A DNA stretch of 64,000 nt from Chiloscyllium plagiosum (Eukaryota), in the NCBI RefSeq assembly GCF_004010195.1, contig NC_057718.1:29351206-29415205 (forward strand), in the 5' to 3' direction. This document shows positions 12,645 to 26,014 of the stretch, piece by piece; the first letter of the stretch is position 1, and each line of letters begins with the position of its first letter. The notes beneath the pieces are model-generated. The model made no database searches, was not told the DNA's origin, and saw only the letters and a list, made by a program, of their open reading frames with translations. Position numbers and translations under genes: made by a program.

Positions 12645-13480
12645 TTAGAGTTATAGGGATATATAGGACAGAAACAGACCCTTTGGTCCAACTCATCATA
12701 TTTATCCTAAATAAATCTAGCCCTATTTCATAGAGTCATAGAGATGTACAGCATGGAAACAGACCCTTCGGTCTGACCCATCCATGCCGACCAGATATCC
12801 CAACCCAATCTAATCCCACCTGCCAGCACCCAGCCCATGTCCCTCCAAAGCCTTCCTATTCATATACCCATCCAAATACCTTTTAATTGTACCAGCCTCC
12901 ACCTCATCTTCTGGCAGCTCATTCCATACATGCACCACCCTCTGCAAGAAAAAGTTGCCCCTTCGGCCCTTACTAAATCTTTCCCCTCTCACCTTAATCC
13001 TACGTCTTCTAGTTTTGGACTCTCCCACCCTGGGGGAAAGACCTCGTCTATTTACTCTATGCATTGCCCCTCAGGATTTTATAAACCTCTATAAGGTCAC
13101 CCCTTAGCCTCCGATGCTCCAGGGAAAACAGTCCAGCCTAACCTTATCGCTCAAACCCTCCAACCCTGGCAACATCCTTGTAAATATTTTCTGAACCCTT
13201 CCAAGTTTCACAACATCCTTCCTATAGCAGGGAGACCAGAATTGCATGCAACATTCCAAAAGTGGCCTAACCATGACTTCACAACTTTTACACTCAATGC
13301 ACTGACCAATGAAGGCAAGCATACCAAACGCCGTCTCCACTATCCTATCTACCTGCAACTCCCGTTTTAACTATGAATTACACTCCAAGGTCTTTTTGTT
13401 AGCAATTCTCTAGGTCCTTACCCTTAAGTGTATAAGTCTTGCCCTGATTTGCCTTTCCAAAATGCAGCACCTCACATTTG
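12645..13480 (-). mobile_element. CR1 LINE 3' fragment
   Basis: VRPLLECCMQFWSPCYRKDVVKLGRVQKIFTRMLPGL and RGNFFLQRVVHVWNELPE; (CTATGA) tail; closely similar to 54683-55580. Confidence 0.9.
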
Positions 13481-14468
13481 TTAAAGATATTTTCAAATTG
13501 CATATAGGATTATTATTTGAAGCGTTTGTTGCAAGCTTCCAGTCTTTAAGAGTCAACTACTAGACATTGACTTATTCAATATGCTGTGGATAGACTTGCT
13601 GGGCAATTTTCCACTTTGTCAATTAGATGGAAGTGTTGTAACTATCTGGAACAGCTAGGACTAGCCTTGCAATCTTTTATCATAAAATTGTGAAATTCTG
13701 GAGGGGTCTGAAAGAATCAGAATTATTTGTGATAATATTTTACTCAGGTTTGCTTTCACTCATCACCAGTAAATAATACCTTTATTAATTTAGTTTCTAT
13801 TATGTACATCGAAGGTAGAACTAACAAGGAAATGTCAGAAACTTGAATGAAAATACTTTTTAGCAAAATGTCTGTCCCTTCAAGTGTATTGGCTCATCTT
13901 CTCAATGTCTAGTAGACCTCAAAACTGCATGAAACTCTGCAGAAGGCTTGCCAAATGTTGAAAGGACGAATACATGAAGAGGAGGGGAATCCTGGATGAA
14001 TATACGAATTGGAAGGGAATAGAGGGATACGGATCCTGTAAGTGGAGACAGCTTTAGTAATGGAAGGGCAAAAGGTGTTGGTGCAGGCTCGAAGGGCCGA
14101 AAGGCCTGCTCCTGTGCTGTATTGTTCTTTGAAAGTAGGCCTGAAAGAGGCAGATGCATGCTCTTTCCTCCTAAGTGTCCTTGAAGGTTTTAATGTCCGT
14201 ACTGAGTGATAAGTCAATGCATTTCATTGCAGCTCAATTCTATCCCATTTCTACTAGGCCAAGGCTATTTGGTTTGGCTTACACATATCCCCAAGTAATT
14301 AACTGCTAATTTTGAAAACATTTGTAATAACAAAGGACAGGTCATACATAGATCCAAATGTAGCATAATCCAATATTGACATTTCTATAAATATAGAGGT
14401 CTATCCTTGCATAACAGTATATTCAACAATGCTATATGGGTCATATATTGCATTCCAAAATCTCTTAC

Positions 14469-14654
14469 CTTAAAAAACCTGATCCAAGTAGAATTCCTGC
14501 TACATTAATTAAAGCCACAGCACTGTTTACGATATTTGGATTCTGAACAACACCAAGTAAGATCAGTGTCAGTAGTTCACCAACTAGATGTGGCACTATG
14601 AGTACAGCAAAGAAACATCCAAACCGTTTCCACATTGGAAACATTCCCAAAGTC
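14469..14654 (-). CDS. ABCG5: ABCG5 exon 11
   Basis: (W)[44 protein letters not shown]...GSGFL(R); 186 nt, AG/GT boundaries. Confidence 0.95.
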
Positions 14655-14754
14655 CTGAAACACAAGACAGGCAAGTACAATAAATTAAAATAACTTTCTT
14701 CTCCATATGATAAAAATTATAGAAGCAAAAATGATTATAATCTCTAAGATTATA

Positions 14755-15088
14755 GGGCGGCATGGTGGCTCAGTGGCTAGCACGGCTGCCTCACAACGTG
14801 AGGCACCTGGGTTCGATTCCAGCCTTGGCAACTGTCTGTGTGGAGTTTGCACACTCCCCATGTCTGCGTGGGTTTCCTCCAGGTGCTCTGGTTTCCTTCT
14901 ACAATCCAACGATGTGCAGGTTATGTGTATTGGCCATGCTAACTTGCTCATAGTGTTCGGGAATGTATAGGATAGATGCATTAGTCAGGGGTAAATATAG
15001 AGTAATGGGTTTGGGTGGGATACTCGTCGAAGGGTTAGTGTGGACTTGTTGCGCCAAACGGCCTGTTTCCACACTGTAGGGATTCTAA
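14755..15088 (+). mobile_element. tRNA-derived V-SINE (HE1-like)
   Basis: A box TGGCTCAGTGG, B box GGTTCGATTCC, V-domain TGTGGAGTTTGCAC...GGGTTTCCTCC. Confidence 0.85.
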
Positions 15089-15099
15089 GTATTTTTTTT

Positions 15100-15425
15100 T
15101 AGATTAGATTAGATTACTTAGATCACTTACAGTGTGGAAACAGGCCCTTCGGCCCAACAAGTCCACACCGCCCCGCCGAAGCGCAACCCACCCATACCCC
15201 TACATTTACCCCTTACCTAACACTACGGGCAACTTTAGCATGGCCAATTCACCTGACCTGCACATCTTTGGACTGTGGGAGGAAACCGGAGCACCCGGAG
15301 GAAACCCACGCAGACACGGGGAGAACGTGCAAACTCCACACAGTCAGTCGCCTGAGGCGGGAATTGAACCCGGGTCTCTGGCGCTGTGAGGCAGCAGTGC
15401 TAACCACTGTGCCACCGTGCCGCCC
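15100..15425 (-). mobile_element. tRNA-derived V-SINE (HE1-like), young copy
   Basis: Reverse complement nearly identical to 44819-45140 and 60630-60958; (AATCT)n tail. Confidence 0.9.
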
Positions 15426-17327
15426 ACATATTGTAGAGGATAAAACCATAATGGGTAGGAAATCGAAGCATTGAGAAAAAATAGAGATAATAGGTCATTC
15501 TGCAACTCAAGACCAAACCTAATAAGTCAAATGTATTGTTCTGACATCTATTCTAAAAAACACTTTTCACTTTTCCCATTGACTCCCTCTGTTCTTGCAT
15601 TCTTTGAAGTAAAAGGTTACATTTGGCTTACCGATTATTTCAAATATTTTGACAAAATCCCAGTTTAACCAACTTTTGCATTTGTATTCAGACTTCTGAA
15701 TCCTTTGAAATGCCATTTATCTTTGTAAATTGGCCCATACATGGCTGGAAATTACAGTGCAATTGTGATATTTTCTTTTCTACAATATTTCCAAAATCAG
15801 TGAATCCAGGATTGAGGAATTTCTAATGCAAATTATGTTCCATACAAATTGAGTCTCTGTGATCTCTGGTGCTGATTTAGAAAAGTGTTGTAATAAAAGC
15901 AAGGCTCAGTCACAAAATTGGCTACAACCCCAGAATGAATTAATCACTATTCAGAGCTTTTGTTAATTGTGCTTGTTTATAGGACCTTGATTAAGCTGCC
16001 AAAAGGAATGTTTCAAAACCTTTTAAAATTAATTTTATTTGAACTTACTAAGAAACTGACTGTCAAACCCCAAAAGAACCAAATGGCCTGTAATTTTTTT
16101 TAAACAATCTTCAATAATTTAAAATCAGATTATGCACAGGATTAACACAATTCATTTTTGTATTAAATATGTCTTCAGCTATGTTAATCCAAATGTAGCA
16201 TTGTTAAATATATCAGAAATTATTTCATGACAGGTTTTGTATTTGCTGATAGTAAATGTGGTCAAGTGGAAATACTAGAAATAAAAGACATGTCAAAGCC
16301 TGTGCAGGTTTGGTAACAACTTGTTTCCGAATCACCAATTTTGCCCAAAGTGAAACATTGCACTCTTAGTATTCTAAGAGAGCTAAATTTTGACCTTGCC
16401 TGGAGATGATATTCTAATTATTTTTACATGTTAATTAAGGAGAGAACTTGGTCAAGTTATTTGGGCTGTTTCTAGTTTGGGTCATAGTGTAAAATGGTTG
16501 CTGTGGAATCAGCTGTTCATTATGCATACCTTCCGATTCCCATTTCCGTATCAAATCAACTGCCTTTCAAAATATCAGCCACTTTATATTGTCACCAAAA
16601 GTCCAAATTATCTCCATAAGTAAATGATCCCAAAACGAAGATTTCCTCTGATCAATAGTGAACAAGAGTAAACTTATACTTCCTGAATGCAAATACTATC
16701 AAAATTACAAAGCAATCAGAGAAATTCTGCGATGTCATGAACACACAATAGGAAATCTTCTTCCATAATTCGCTGTTACCTATAATTAATGTATTTACAG
16801 ATGTTTTAAGTTAATTTTAATTTGTCTCTTATTCTTTGTACAATCCTGCACCTCATACTGTTCTCAGGCAGTTATATGACGTGCTTCCAGGTTGATGGTA
16901 AAATTATTTGACCCTAATTATATGACAGCCTGACAGTTTAAAAAGATATTCCAAGTTTGGAGTTTGGCAGAGTATCCTTTTGTCAAACTGGTTACCAGTC
17001 AAAACTAATCTCTCAATTCGTTTTTTACCTGAGCTAAAAAATGTGACATTTAAAGTTCTTCAATAAATTCAGGATTGATCTGGTCCCATGATTATGATGA
17101 TATTTTGTGTTACAACTTCCTTTACTAAATTCATAATTTATATGTTGCACAAAATAATCTGGGAAAGAATAGCACTCTATATATATTTAAAGAATGCAAA
17201 GTAAGAATATCAGTTTTCAAATAAATGAGTCTTGTGAACGCAAAACCACAAATTTTTAGTTTAGTCCCATTTCTTTATTGGAACATATCCATAAAATGTT
17301 ACTGTGATCAGCAAAAACAATTCTTAC

Positions 17328-17466
17328 CAGTAGACAAAGAAGCTGTAAAAGGCCACACTGACGACGCTGAAGGGAATGATGTGAATAATATAAGCCACCA
17401 ACATCAGCCATTTTGGATAAAGACCATCTGAACTTTCTTGGTCACCAACAGCCCGTAATGAAGGAT
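17328..17466 (-). CDS. ABCG5: ABCG5 exon 10
   Basis: (Y)PSLRAVGDQESSDGLYPKWLMLVAYIIHIIPFSVVSVAFYSFFVY(W); 139 nt. Confidence 0.95.
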
Positions 17467-17914
17467 CTGAAGATTTTATAAAGAAGCAAATATTATTAAA
17501 GTACCAATGTTATAAAAAATAAACAGTTCAAACTTTTACACGCCAAATCATAAATATATTTTTAGTGATGAAAATGCCACAAAATATTTATTTTTTAAAA
17601 ATAACCTGCACATGAGAAATTCTGTACAATTGCCAGAACTTTGAAATCTACCCCTCCATGTAAGTGAGACATATTTCAGTAAACCATGAGTCAACATACA
17701 CCTTCCATTTGAAGACATTATATGCAATATTAGTTGGCTGTAAACTGTTTTATGTTTTGCAGAACTGAAGGAGCTACAACCCACTTAAGTTTCTCCCCTA
17801 GAGTGTTTTGTACTGAGTATTGTGAAAGTACAATTTACTTTTATAATCAACAATTCATTGAAATTCAATTGATCACACATAAACCTATAAACCAAAACAG
17901 GATTACTGACGTAC

Positions 17915-18120
17915 ATAAAGCGACAGCATTCAGCATCCCAGTATAAGGTGAGGCACCTATGCTTTGGTAGATTATCCCAATTCGGTCTTGCACTGCACCC
18001 TTCTCTGGATCACTATTCAGTTTCATCAAGAAAAACACCACAAACAGACCATAGAGCAGATTTTGGGATAGACGCATGATAATCCCAGTCTTGTTTCTAG
18101 ATAAGTTCCTTACAATTCGT
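17915..18120 (-). CDS. ABCG5: ABCG5 exon 9
   Basis: (R)RIVRNLSRNKTGIIMRLSQNL...AVQDRIGIIYQSIGASPYTGMLNAVAL; 206 nt. Confidence 0.95.
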
Positions 18121-19309
18121 CTACAATGAAAAGGGAGAAGAAATCAGTGATTGTATTCAAAAGTGCACAAATATATTAAGAGATGGAAAACATTTTTACA
18201 AAGTAATACAAAATGTATAATTTATATATACTTATATAATAAACTTGAAACTCATATTTTAAATATATTAATTCTCTGTTTCCCATATTTTAAATTTTCC
18301 TAACTGGCTGATGACACTGACATGTGGAAGGTTTACATTAATAATTGTCTTCCTGATGAATTCTTAGTTCGTGTCATTAATCTTGGGGAAGAGTCAAAGT
18401 GAGGAAAAAATATATCATTTTCTCATAGGGAGGGAAATAGAACTGGATGGCATTTGACAGCAATTCACAGCAATCGAGAAGCAGCCCAGCACCCTTCCAG
18501 TTGCCCTCCAGTACTAACCATGGGAAGATTGTGGTACAGTAAAAGAGGCAGAACTATAATTTACCTATTAGAGCTTGGCAAGAGTGGCATGGATTAATTT
18601 CACCGATAACTTTTGTCTTTCTTTTGATCTTGTGTATTTCCTTAATTCAACATATCAGCAATTAATTACCAAGTCACTCTTTGCCATTCACCTCGAAGTA
18701 ACAAAACAATCTTTTTTTCTCAGGATGACTCATGTTTTTGATTTTATTATGTCAAATTCTGTAATTTTCTACAGGAACAGCTGGGTGCAGAGAATGATCT
18801 TACAGTATATTACTGTAGTGCTCTGATTGCGTTACTGGTTCTATACTATTAATTTTAAAAAAGGGGACTGCTAGCCTTGTGATAGTGTTATTGAACTTAT
18901 AATCCAGAGACCTGGACCACTACTCAAGATTCACGCCAATACAATTAACTCCACATTATCTTCTTAAATGGTGCAAGGATGTTACTCAATAGTATCAAAC
19001 CGCAATAGAAGTAAAACAGTTGGTGTACATATACCATATGAAGGACAATTAGGGATAGGCAGTCATTGTTGACATTACCAGCAATACTCACATCCCAAGA
19101 ATAAATAAAAGAAACCCTTAATGTTTACAAAATGTTTTATCTCTATCCTTCTGTGACGCAATGCTGCTGCTTGCTGCTGGCCATTCAGCTTTGAGAACAT
19201 GGCCACCATCCTTAAATAGAAAGGGAACTCACTTGTTAGCCATCAATTAGTCAATTTTGGGAAAAATAAGTGAACAATCATTACCCACAGAGAGCAGGCT
19301 TCTAACCCC

Positions 19310-19745
19310 CTTTTTATTAAAATTCATTCATGGGATGTGGGCATTGCTGGCTGGTCAGCATTTATTGCCCTTGAGAAGGTGGTGGTGAGATGCCTTCTTG
19401 AACCACTACAGTCCACGTGCCATAGGTTGACCCACAATGCTCCCTGAGAGGGAATTCCAGAACTTTCACCTTATGAAAGTGAAGGAACAGCAATATATTT
19501 ACAAGTCAGAATGGTGAATGGCGTGGTGGGGAACGTGCAGGTGGTGATGTTTCTACATACCTGCTGCCCTTGTCCTTCTAGATGTAAGTGGTCATGGGTT
19601 TGGAAGGTGCTCTCTAAGGATCTTTGGTGAATTTCTGCAATGCACCTTGTAGATCATACACACGGTTAGTGGTGGAGGGAGTGGATGCTTGTGAAGTGGG
19701 GTGCCAATCAAGGAGGCTGCTTTGTCCTTGATGGTGTCAAACTAT
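19310..19745. mobile_element. Dispersed LINE-derived repeat fragment
   Basis: Similar sequence (cagcatttattgccc...gagaaggtggtggtgag...) recurs at about 24550, 38880-39480 and 45975-46340. Confidence 0.6.
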
Positions 19746-19892
19746 TGATGGCAAGGTTCTGAAGTGAAAATGGGAAATATTGCCCTTCATCTCCTACAAT
19801 TTAAATCTGAATAATTTTGATACTTAAAAAACTTTGATACTTTGATAGAGCTAATATACATTGTAATGTATAATATACAAATGTAGGTATAC

Positions 19893-20106
19893 CTGATCAG
19901 TATCCAGAGTTTAACAGCCGTATTTGGAGATGCTCTGTTCTTGAAAGGAATAGATGATGATTCTTTTTTTCGCTTTGCTGCTTCAATATTCTCCAACACA
20001 TTATTAAATATTTTTGATTTTTGATAGGAGAATGAAATCTCTTGGACTCTACTGTATGTTTCAATTTCTCTTTCTTTGCTTCTAGTGTCAACAGATGTTA
20101 GATCCA
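19893..20106 (-). CDS. ABCG5: ABCG5 exon 8
   Basis: (V)DLTSVDTRSKEREIETYSRVQ...IPFKNRASPNTAVKLWILI(R); 214 nt. Confidence 0.95.
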
Positions 20107-21092
20107 CTGCAGGTTAACAAAAGGAACAAATTAAGACAAATGATTTTGTTTGAGTGTGTTCAGTTCATTTCAAACATACTGATGGTACACCTAACATATC
20201 TTCTTCCATGTAAATCTTAATTTTAAACAAGAGACTGAGCTATGGCTTGAAAATTTCTGCAATTGCAAGTGCAAGAATCAGTGGGAATAGCATGAGCAAT
20301 GGTCACAACTACATTAACTTGATCACTTCAAGTGCCCATCCTGCTCGTGGTACTGAATTTCTTAAGGTACTGTTATACATGTACACTGAAATGTTATGCT
20401 GTTAACTGGAAGACCAATGATATTCAATACATGCAATACACTAATGTGGCCCATTTAACTGGCACTCTGACATGTGGTAAGGGGATTCCTTATCAATGTA
20501 CTGTTCAATTGCAAGTTTCATTGATTGCTTTCCTTCCTCTGTTTACACACTGTTCATTATTCACTAGATACAATTAAGGAACTTTGCTGTCTATTTTCAA
20601 AAAAAAGAGACTTGCACCTTCACAATGGCACTGGACAGACAGTAGTAATTAAGGAAATTGCATTCTTCTACACTGAGTCAGCACAGTATTGGAGATCTGC
20701 TCCTGATTTTAATCAAATGAAAACATAAAATCAAAAGCAGATACCATTGAACTAGGCTGCAAATACAAAAAGTTTAGCTTTCATGAGCTGAGCCATTTTC
20801 TTTTTCTCCCAATTGAACAACTCAAGAGGACAGCACAAGAAATGTCCATGAAAAAAAATCACAAAAAACAGAATTGGCAGGAGGCCAATGATTCTCTTGA
20901 TTAAGAACTGTATGGCACTGTATGCCTAAATAGCAAAGTGAAGAATACTACATGGTGGGTGGAACACTTAAATACTTCTTTTAAAGTATTAGACACACAA
21001 AAACACCTCTCAAAAGTGTACATCAGATAGAAATCCAGGTCAAGAAAAGACTGAATATATGCTTGCACTTAGTACTCTCAATAAGTCTTAGG

Positions 21093-21361
21093 AGGAGAAA
21101 GTGAAGTCTGCAGATGCTGGAGATCAGAGCTGGAAATGTGTTGCTGGAAAAGCGCAGCAGGTCAGGCAGCATCCAGGGAACAGGAGAATCGACGTTTCGG
21201 GCATAAGCCCTTCTCCACCTCTGCACCATTTTAAAGACCCTCTTTAAAATTTACTTTCTTTTTAATCGATTCCTGAAGAAGGGCTTATGCCCGAAACGTC
21301 GATTCTCCTGTTCCCTGGATGCTGCCTGACCTGCTGCGCTTTTCCAGCAACACATTTTCAG
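21093..21361. mobile_element. Young fold-back Penelope-like element with 16-bp TSD, captured local spacer and hammerhead-like core
   Basis: TSD ctcaataagtcttagg at 21077-21092 and 21362-21377; arms about 21128-21214 and 21277-21363 are near-perfect reverse complements. Confidence 0.85.
21269..21305 (+). ncRNA. Minimal type I hammerhead ribozyme-like motif
   Basis: CTGAAGA(21273)-A-GGGC-TTAT-GCCC-GAAAC-GTC: core boxes, 4-bp stem II, palindromic ACGT in place of stem III; stem I weak. Confidence 0.55.
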
Positions 21362-22306
21362 CTCAATAAGTCTTAGGTTGAACAAGACAGTTTGTAATCC
21401 AAGTATCCTATTCAACCACAAGTTTAGCTTACAACCTCAAATACTCTTCATTATAAAGCCCCTGTTGAACTGCATCATTCATTTCCATCCCTGATTCTAC
21501 CCATCAGCTGCTCAGTCACTAATCCTAATCCATGCCCAGGTCACCTCTGGATTTGACAATTCCATTGTTATCTTGGCTGGTGTACAATTTGCACCTTGTA
21601 TTCATCAGATCATCAAAGATCTGCTGCACACTACAGTTTCTTTCACCCAACATATTCTTCTTCCTGTCCTCCATTGGGTCTGCACCTACTTCCAACTGAC
21701 TATTATCTTCATGTTTAAATCTTTCAAATTCTCATCCTTTTCTATCTGTAAATTCACCCCAGGCTCTGCAACACCCCTCCTTACCAATAACTATTCCTCT
21801 GACCATGTCCATTTTTTGCTTCCCTTGCCCATCACCCTACCATTGACAGATGTGCCTTCAGCTGTCACATTGAAATTCTCTCCTTAAATCCTGCTGTCTC
21901 TCCACCTCTGCACCATTTTAAAGACCGTCTTTAAAATTTACTTTCTTTTTAATCGGTTACCATATCTCTCTTCATTTCAATGTCCATTTTTTGTCTGATT
22001 ACATCTTAAACACCTTGGAACAGTTTCTGATGTTTAACATGTGATACATGAAACAAAGCTGTTGTTAGCAAGTGTTGAATTGACTTTTAAAACTTTTTGA
22101 ATAATTGAAGACTGGACAAATCAGAAAAGAAAATTATTAAGAAGAGAGAAAAAAAGCATTATTTGTACAAGATCCAAAATATCAGCCTATCATTTTCATT
22201 GTGAACCACTAAACCTGTTATAAACTTCCAGTGCATTGAGATGTTGATTTCTGATTTACAGCGTTCATGATTTTTCTGAGGATTGGATTGAAGAAAGGTC
22301 ACCTAC

Positions 22307-22436
22307 CATATAAATCAAATGGATTGCAGTATTCAGGACACTGATAGCCACAGCTGCTGAAAAATTCGACCATTTCTTCAGTTCCACCACAAAACACCAA
22401 TTCTCCGCAGGTCATTATGCCAATTCTGTCAAACAA
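22307..22436 (-). CDS. ABCG5: ABCG5 exon 7
   Basis: LFDRIGIMTCGELVFCGGTEEMVEFFSSCGYQCPEYCNPFDLY; 130 nt. Confidence 0.95.
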
Positions 22437-22789
22437 CTTGAGAAATGGGCATTAGGAAACTAATTATACAGGGTTGTACATGGACTGTTAAAGATAAACT
22501 CCCTTAAGTAGAGATAAATACTGGATATGAAGAAATGCAGCTTGATAGCTTTGCATCCAAGTTATTAATGTCTCTTTTTCTTTCAGGTCTCAACTGAGCA
22601 ACTGCATTGTGAACATTTTTTCACTTTTAATTTCAGACTCAGACCACTTGTTTTCTTCTTTTCATGTCTCCTGAAATTATATGTGGTTTTGCTCACCTAA
22701 GATGACTTTAAGCACTCCAAAACCACAGGACATTGGTAAGTTAATTAGGAGATTGAAAACAATTTGTAAAAGCCCTGATGTTATACGCA

Positions 22790-24340
22790 CAATAAAACAA
22801 CAAATAGGAGCAGGAGCAGATAATATGGCTTGTCAAGCCTGTTCTGCCACACAACACAATCATGACTGATCTTCAACTCCACTTTCCTGCCCACTGCCTA
22901 TGTCTCTTGATTTCCTGAAAGACCAAAGCCCTTGCTTTAAATGTATTCAGTGGTAGAGACTTCAAAACCCTCTGGAGCAAAGAATCCAAAGACTTATAAC
23001 CTATTGAGTGAATAAATTTCTCTTTATCCTAACCTTAAATGATTCGCTCCTTATCCTGAGACTGTGTCTCTGTGTTTTAGATTCCCATTCAGTGGAAACA
23101 ATCACTCGGCATCTACCGGATCAAACTCCACAGAATCTTACACATTTCAATAAGATCGTTTCTCATTCTCTGACCTAATTTGCTCAGTATGTAATAATGA
23201 GACAACCCCACCTCATCTCAGGGGCTAATTTAATGAAAAGTAATAAAATACTGCAGGTGCTAGGAAGTTATTAAATAGATGTGCTAAAGAAACTCAGCAG
23301 GTCCAGGAGCATCTGTGGAGCGGGAAACTGAATAAATGAAGTCCACCATGACTTTTCTTCATAACACAGTGGACTCAAGATGTTAATTCTTTGTCCCTCC
23401 ACAGATGCTGCTGGAGCTGCAGAGTTTCTTCAGCACTTCCAGTTTTATTACTAATTCAGTAACTAATTTTATTACTAATTCACTATATTCTTTTCAATGC
23501 AAATATACAAACATTTTCTTAAATATGGAGATCAAAACTACACAGTATTGTAGATGTGATTTCACCAAAATCCTGTCCATTATGTAATGAGACATCTTCA
23601 TTCCTGTACACCAAAACTGCCGCTTCCTCATTGCTTGCTTAACTGCATGCTAAATTTCTGTGTAACTTACAAGAGCAAACCCAAGTCTCTTTAAACATCA
23701 GGATTTAGAAGCTTCACAACTTTTAAAAAATATTCTGATCTTCTGTTCATAAAAAACCTCACACCTCCCTACATTGCAATCCACCTACCATCATATTGCC
23801 TAATCACTTAACCCATCTGTCTTAAAAGCCACCTTGTATCTTCCCACAGTTCATCTTTCCAAATGATATTCAAGAATAGAGAGACCTTGGTATATATGTA
23901 CTTCGGTCATTATGGCAGCAGGACAAGGTGGAGAGAGCTATCTGGAAAGCATATAGTATTCTACGCTTCATTAATGGGGGCATAGAACTGAAGAGCAGGG
24001 AAGTTATGATGAACTTATAGGACACTGTTTCGACCTCAGCAGGTGTACTTATAACAATTCTAGGCATCACACTCTAGGAAGGATGTGAATGCAATAGAGA
24101 GAGTGCAGAAGAGTTTACAACAATGGTTCCAGGAATGAGACACTTCAGTTACGAGGGGAGATTGAAGAGGTTGGGATTTTTTTCCCTGGAAAGAATGCCA
24201 AGAGAAAATGTTGATAAAAGATTTCAAAATCCTGAGAGGTCTGGACAGAATGGATAGAGAGAAACAGTTCACATTTTAGAGGGTCAGTTCAGACTAAATG
24301 GACAGATTGGCCACTTTTTGCACCGTACAAATTCTATGAT
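22790..24340. mobile_element. Cluster of decayed CR1 fragments in both orientations with an old PLE-like insert (about 23250-23450)
   Basis: CR1-like remnants (gtgcagaagagtttacaacaatggttccagg); inverted arms gcatctgtggag / ctccacagatgc. Confidence 0.55.
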
Positions 24341-25874
24341 TCTAACCAAGACACTTTTTGTTGTTAAATGTGTTTATTGTTAAACACGTATTAATCAGAA
24401 AAACAATTGCAACATTACAATTACACCGACATTTCAAGATTTCAAAATTTTCCTACACAAATCTTGCATAAATCGTTAATATGTCAACACATATTACAAA
24501 GATATTAAGTAAAAGCCTATGTTATTGAACACTGCGTAGACAATCTTTTTTTAAAAATTTGTTTATGGAATATGGGCATCACTGGCTCGGCAAATATTTA
24601 TTGCCTATCCCTAATTGTCCAGAGGGCAATTAAAAGTCAACTATATTGCTGGGATCTCGAGTTACATGTAGGCCAGAGCAGGTGAGGATAGCAGATTTCC
24701 TTCCCTAAAGGACATTAATGAATCAGATAGTTTTTTGCAACAATCAACAGTCCTAACCATGATTGTCTTTGGACCAACTCTATTATTTAATTCCAACAAT
24801 TTATTGAATTCAAATTTACACAGAAGAAAAATAATTATTTTAGTTCCCAGATGACTAAATGTTGAATCATCGTCAGATCAATGTTAATGTGATTTTTGTG
24901 GCTTTCTATTATGAGATTTTGTGACGAGAATGGTTAACATTGATGGGGATGGAAGGTCATTGATGACACTTGCACATAGGAGACCCATTGTCTGGTGATC
25001 CAATATCCTGGGAGATGGGACAAGTCTTGTCCTGATGCTGTATTCAAGTCTTAATTTGCAATTAACGTGCTTTATTATTTGAAGCTTGTGCAATTTTCAT
25101 GATAGGGGATGACATCTGTACCAGGATGTCCGCTATTTACATTGTAGTATGTACTTTTGTATCCCAGCAATAGATTTTTGTGGGTCGAGGATTCTGAGCT
25201 ACAAAGCAACCAACAGGGTAAGAAAGGCAGTTTCAGCAAAGTTAACCTTGGCAGATGGAACAGAACCTGCTCTCTGATGGTCAACAATGTCAAACTAGCA
25301 AGCATGAAATTTCTTTCTTTGTGGGATTATTAATCAGTCTTAATTTGTAATTGAACCAGGGAGAATATTAAATAGAGAGACAAATGCATGAACATCAGAA
25401 CTTTTGAGCAGCACATTTGAGTTCTGCTTTTATAGCAACTGGTAAACTACAAGAGTGAATTTAGCTTCATTTGACTTGTTGGAAATTAAATAAACCTCTA
25501 GTGAGAGTTTTAAAGCAACTGTCAATCCATACTGGTTTATGATTGAACAAAATATTTAAAATAGCTTTCCTGACAGAGCTTGTCTCCTGATTGATGAAAT
25601 GGTGGTGTTGGCATTATTGCATTTAGTCCACTATCAGATCCCTCAACACAGCTGGAAAATATTTTCTTTAGATGTTATTTGCAACAAAATTGTTCTTTCT
25701 AAACCGCAAATAAAAGATGTTACTACAAACAGCTCCTTTAGCCCCAACATATCATAGCACAAATGCACTGCACTACCTCAGCATATAGAATATAAATTTG
25801 CAGCAAGATCACACTCAACTCTCAAAACACTTTGCATGATAAAGCTTAACAAACTGCATTTACAGCATACTCAC

Positions 25875-26014
25875 CTTGAAAAGTTCTGATCTCGGTTGAT
25901 GAATTGTTAAGATAACTATTCTATTCTTATGAGCAAGTTCAGAAAGTAACTGAATTATCTGGTTTGATGTCATACTGTCCAGCCCTGTAGTTGGCTCATC
26001 AAGCAAAATTACTT
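25875..26014 (-). CDS. ABCG5: ABCG5 exon 6 (Walker B, D-loop, H-switch)
   Basis: (K)[46 protein letters not shown]; 140 nt. Confidence 0.97.

Noticed and set aside
14755..14830. tRNA-like A and B boxes (also near 15350-15425, 44819 and 60630)
   Set aside because: These are SINE heads followed by V-domain and tail, not tRNA genes.
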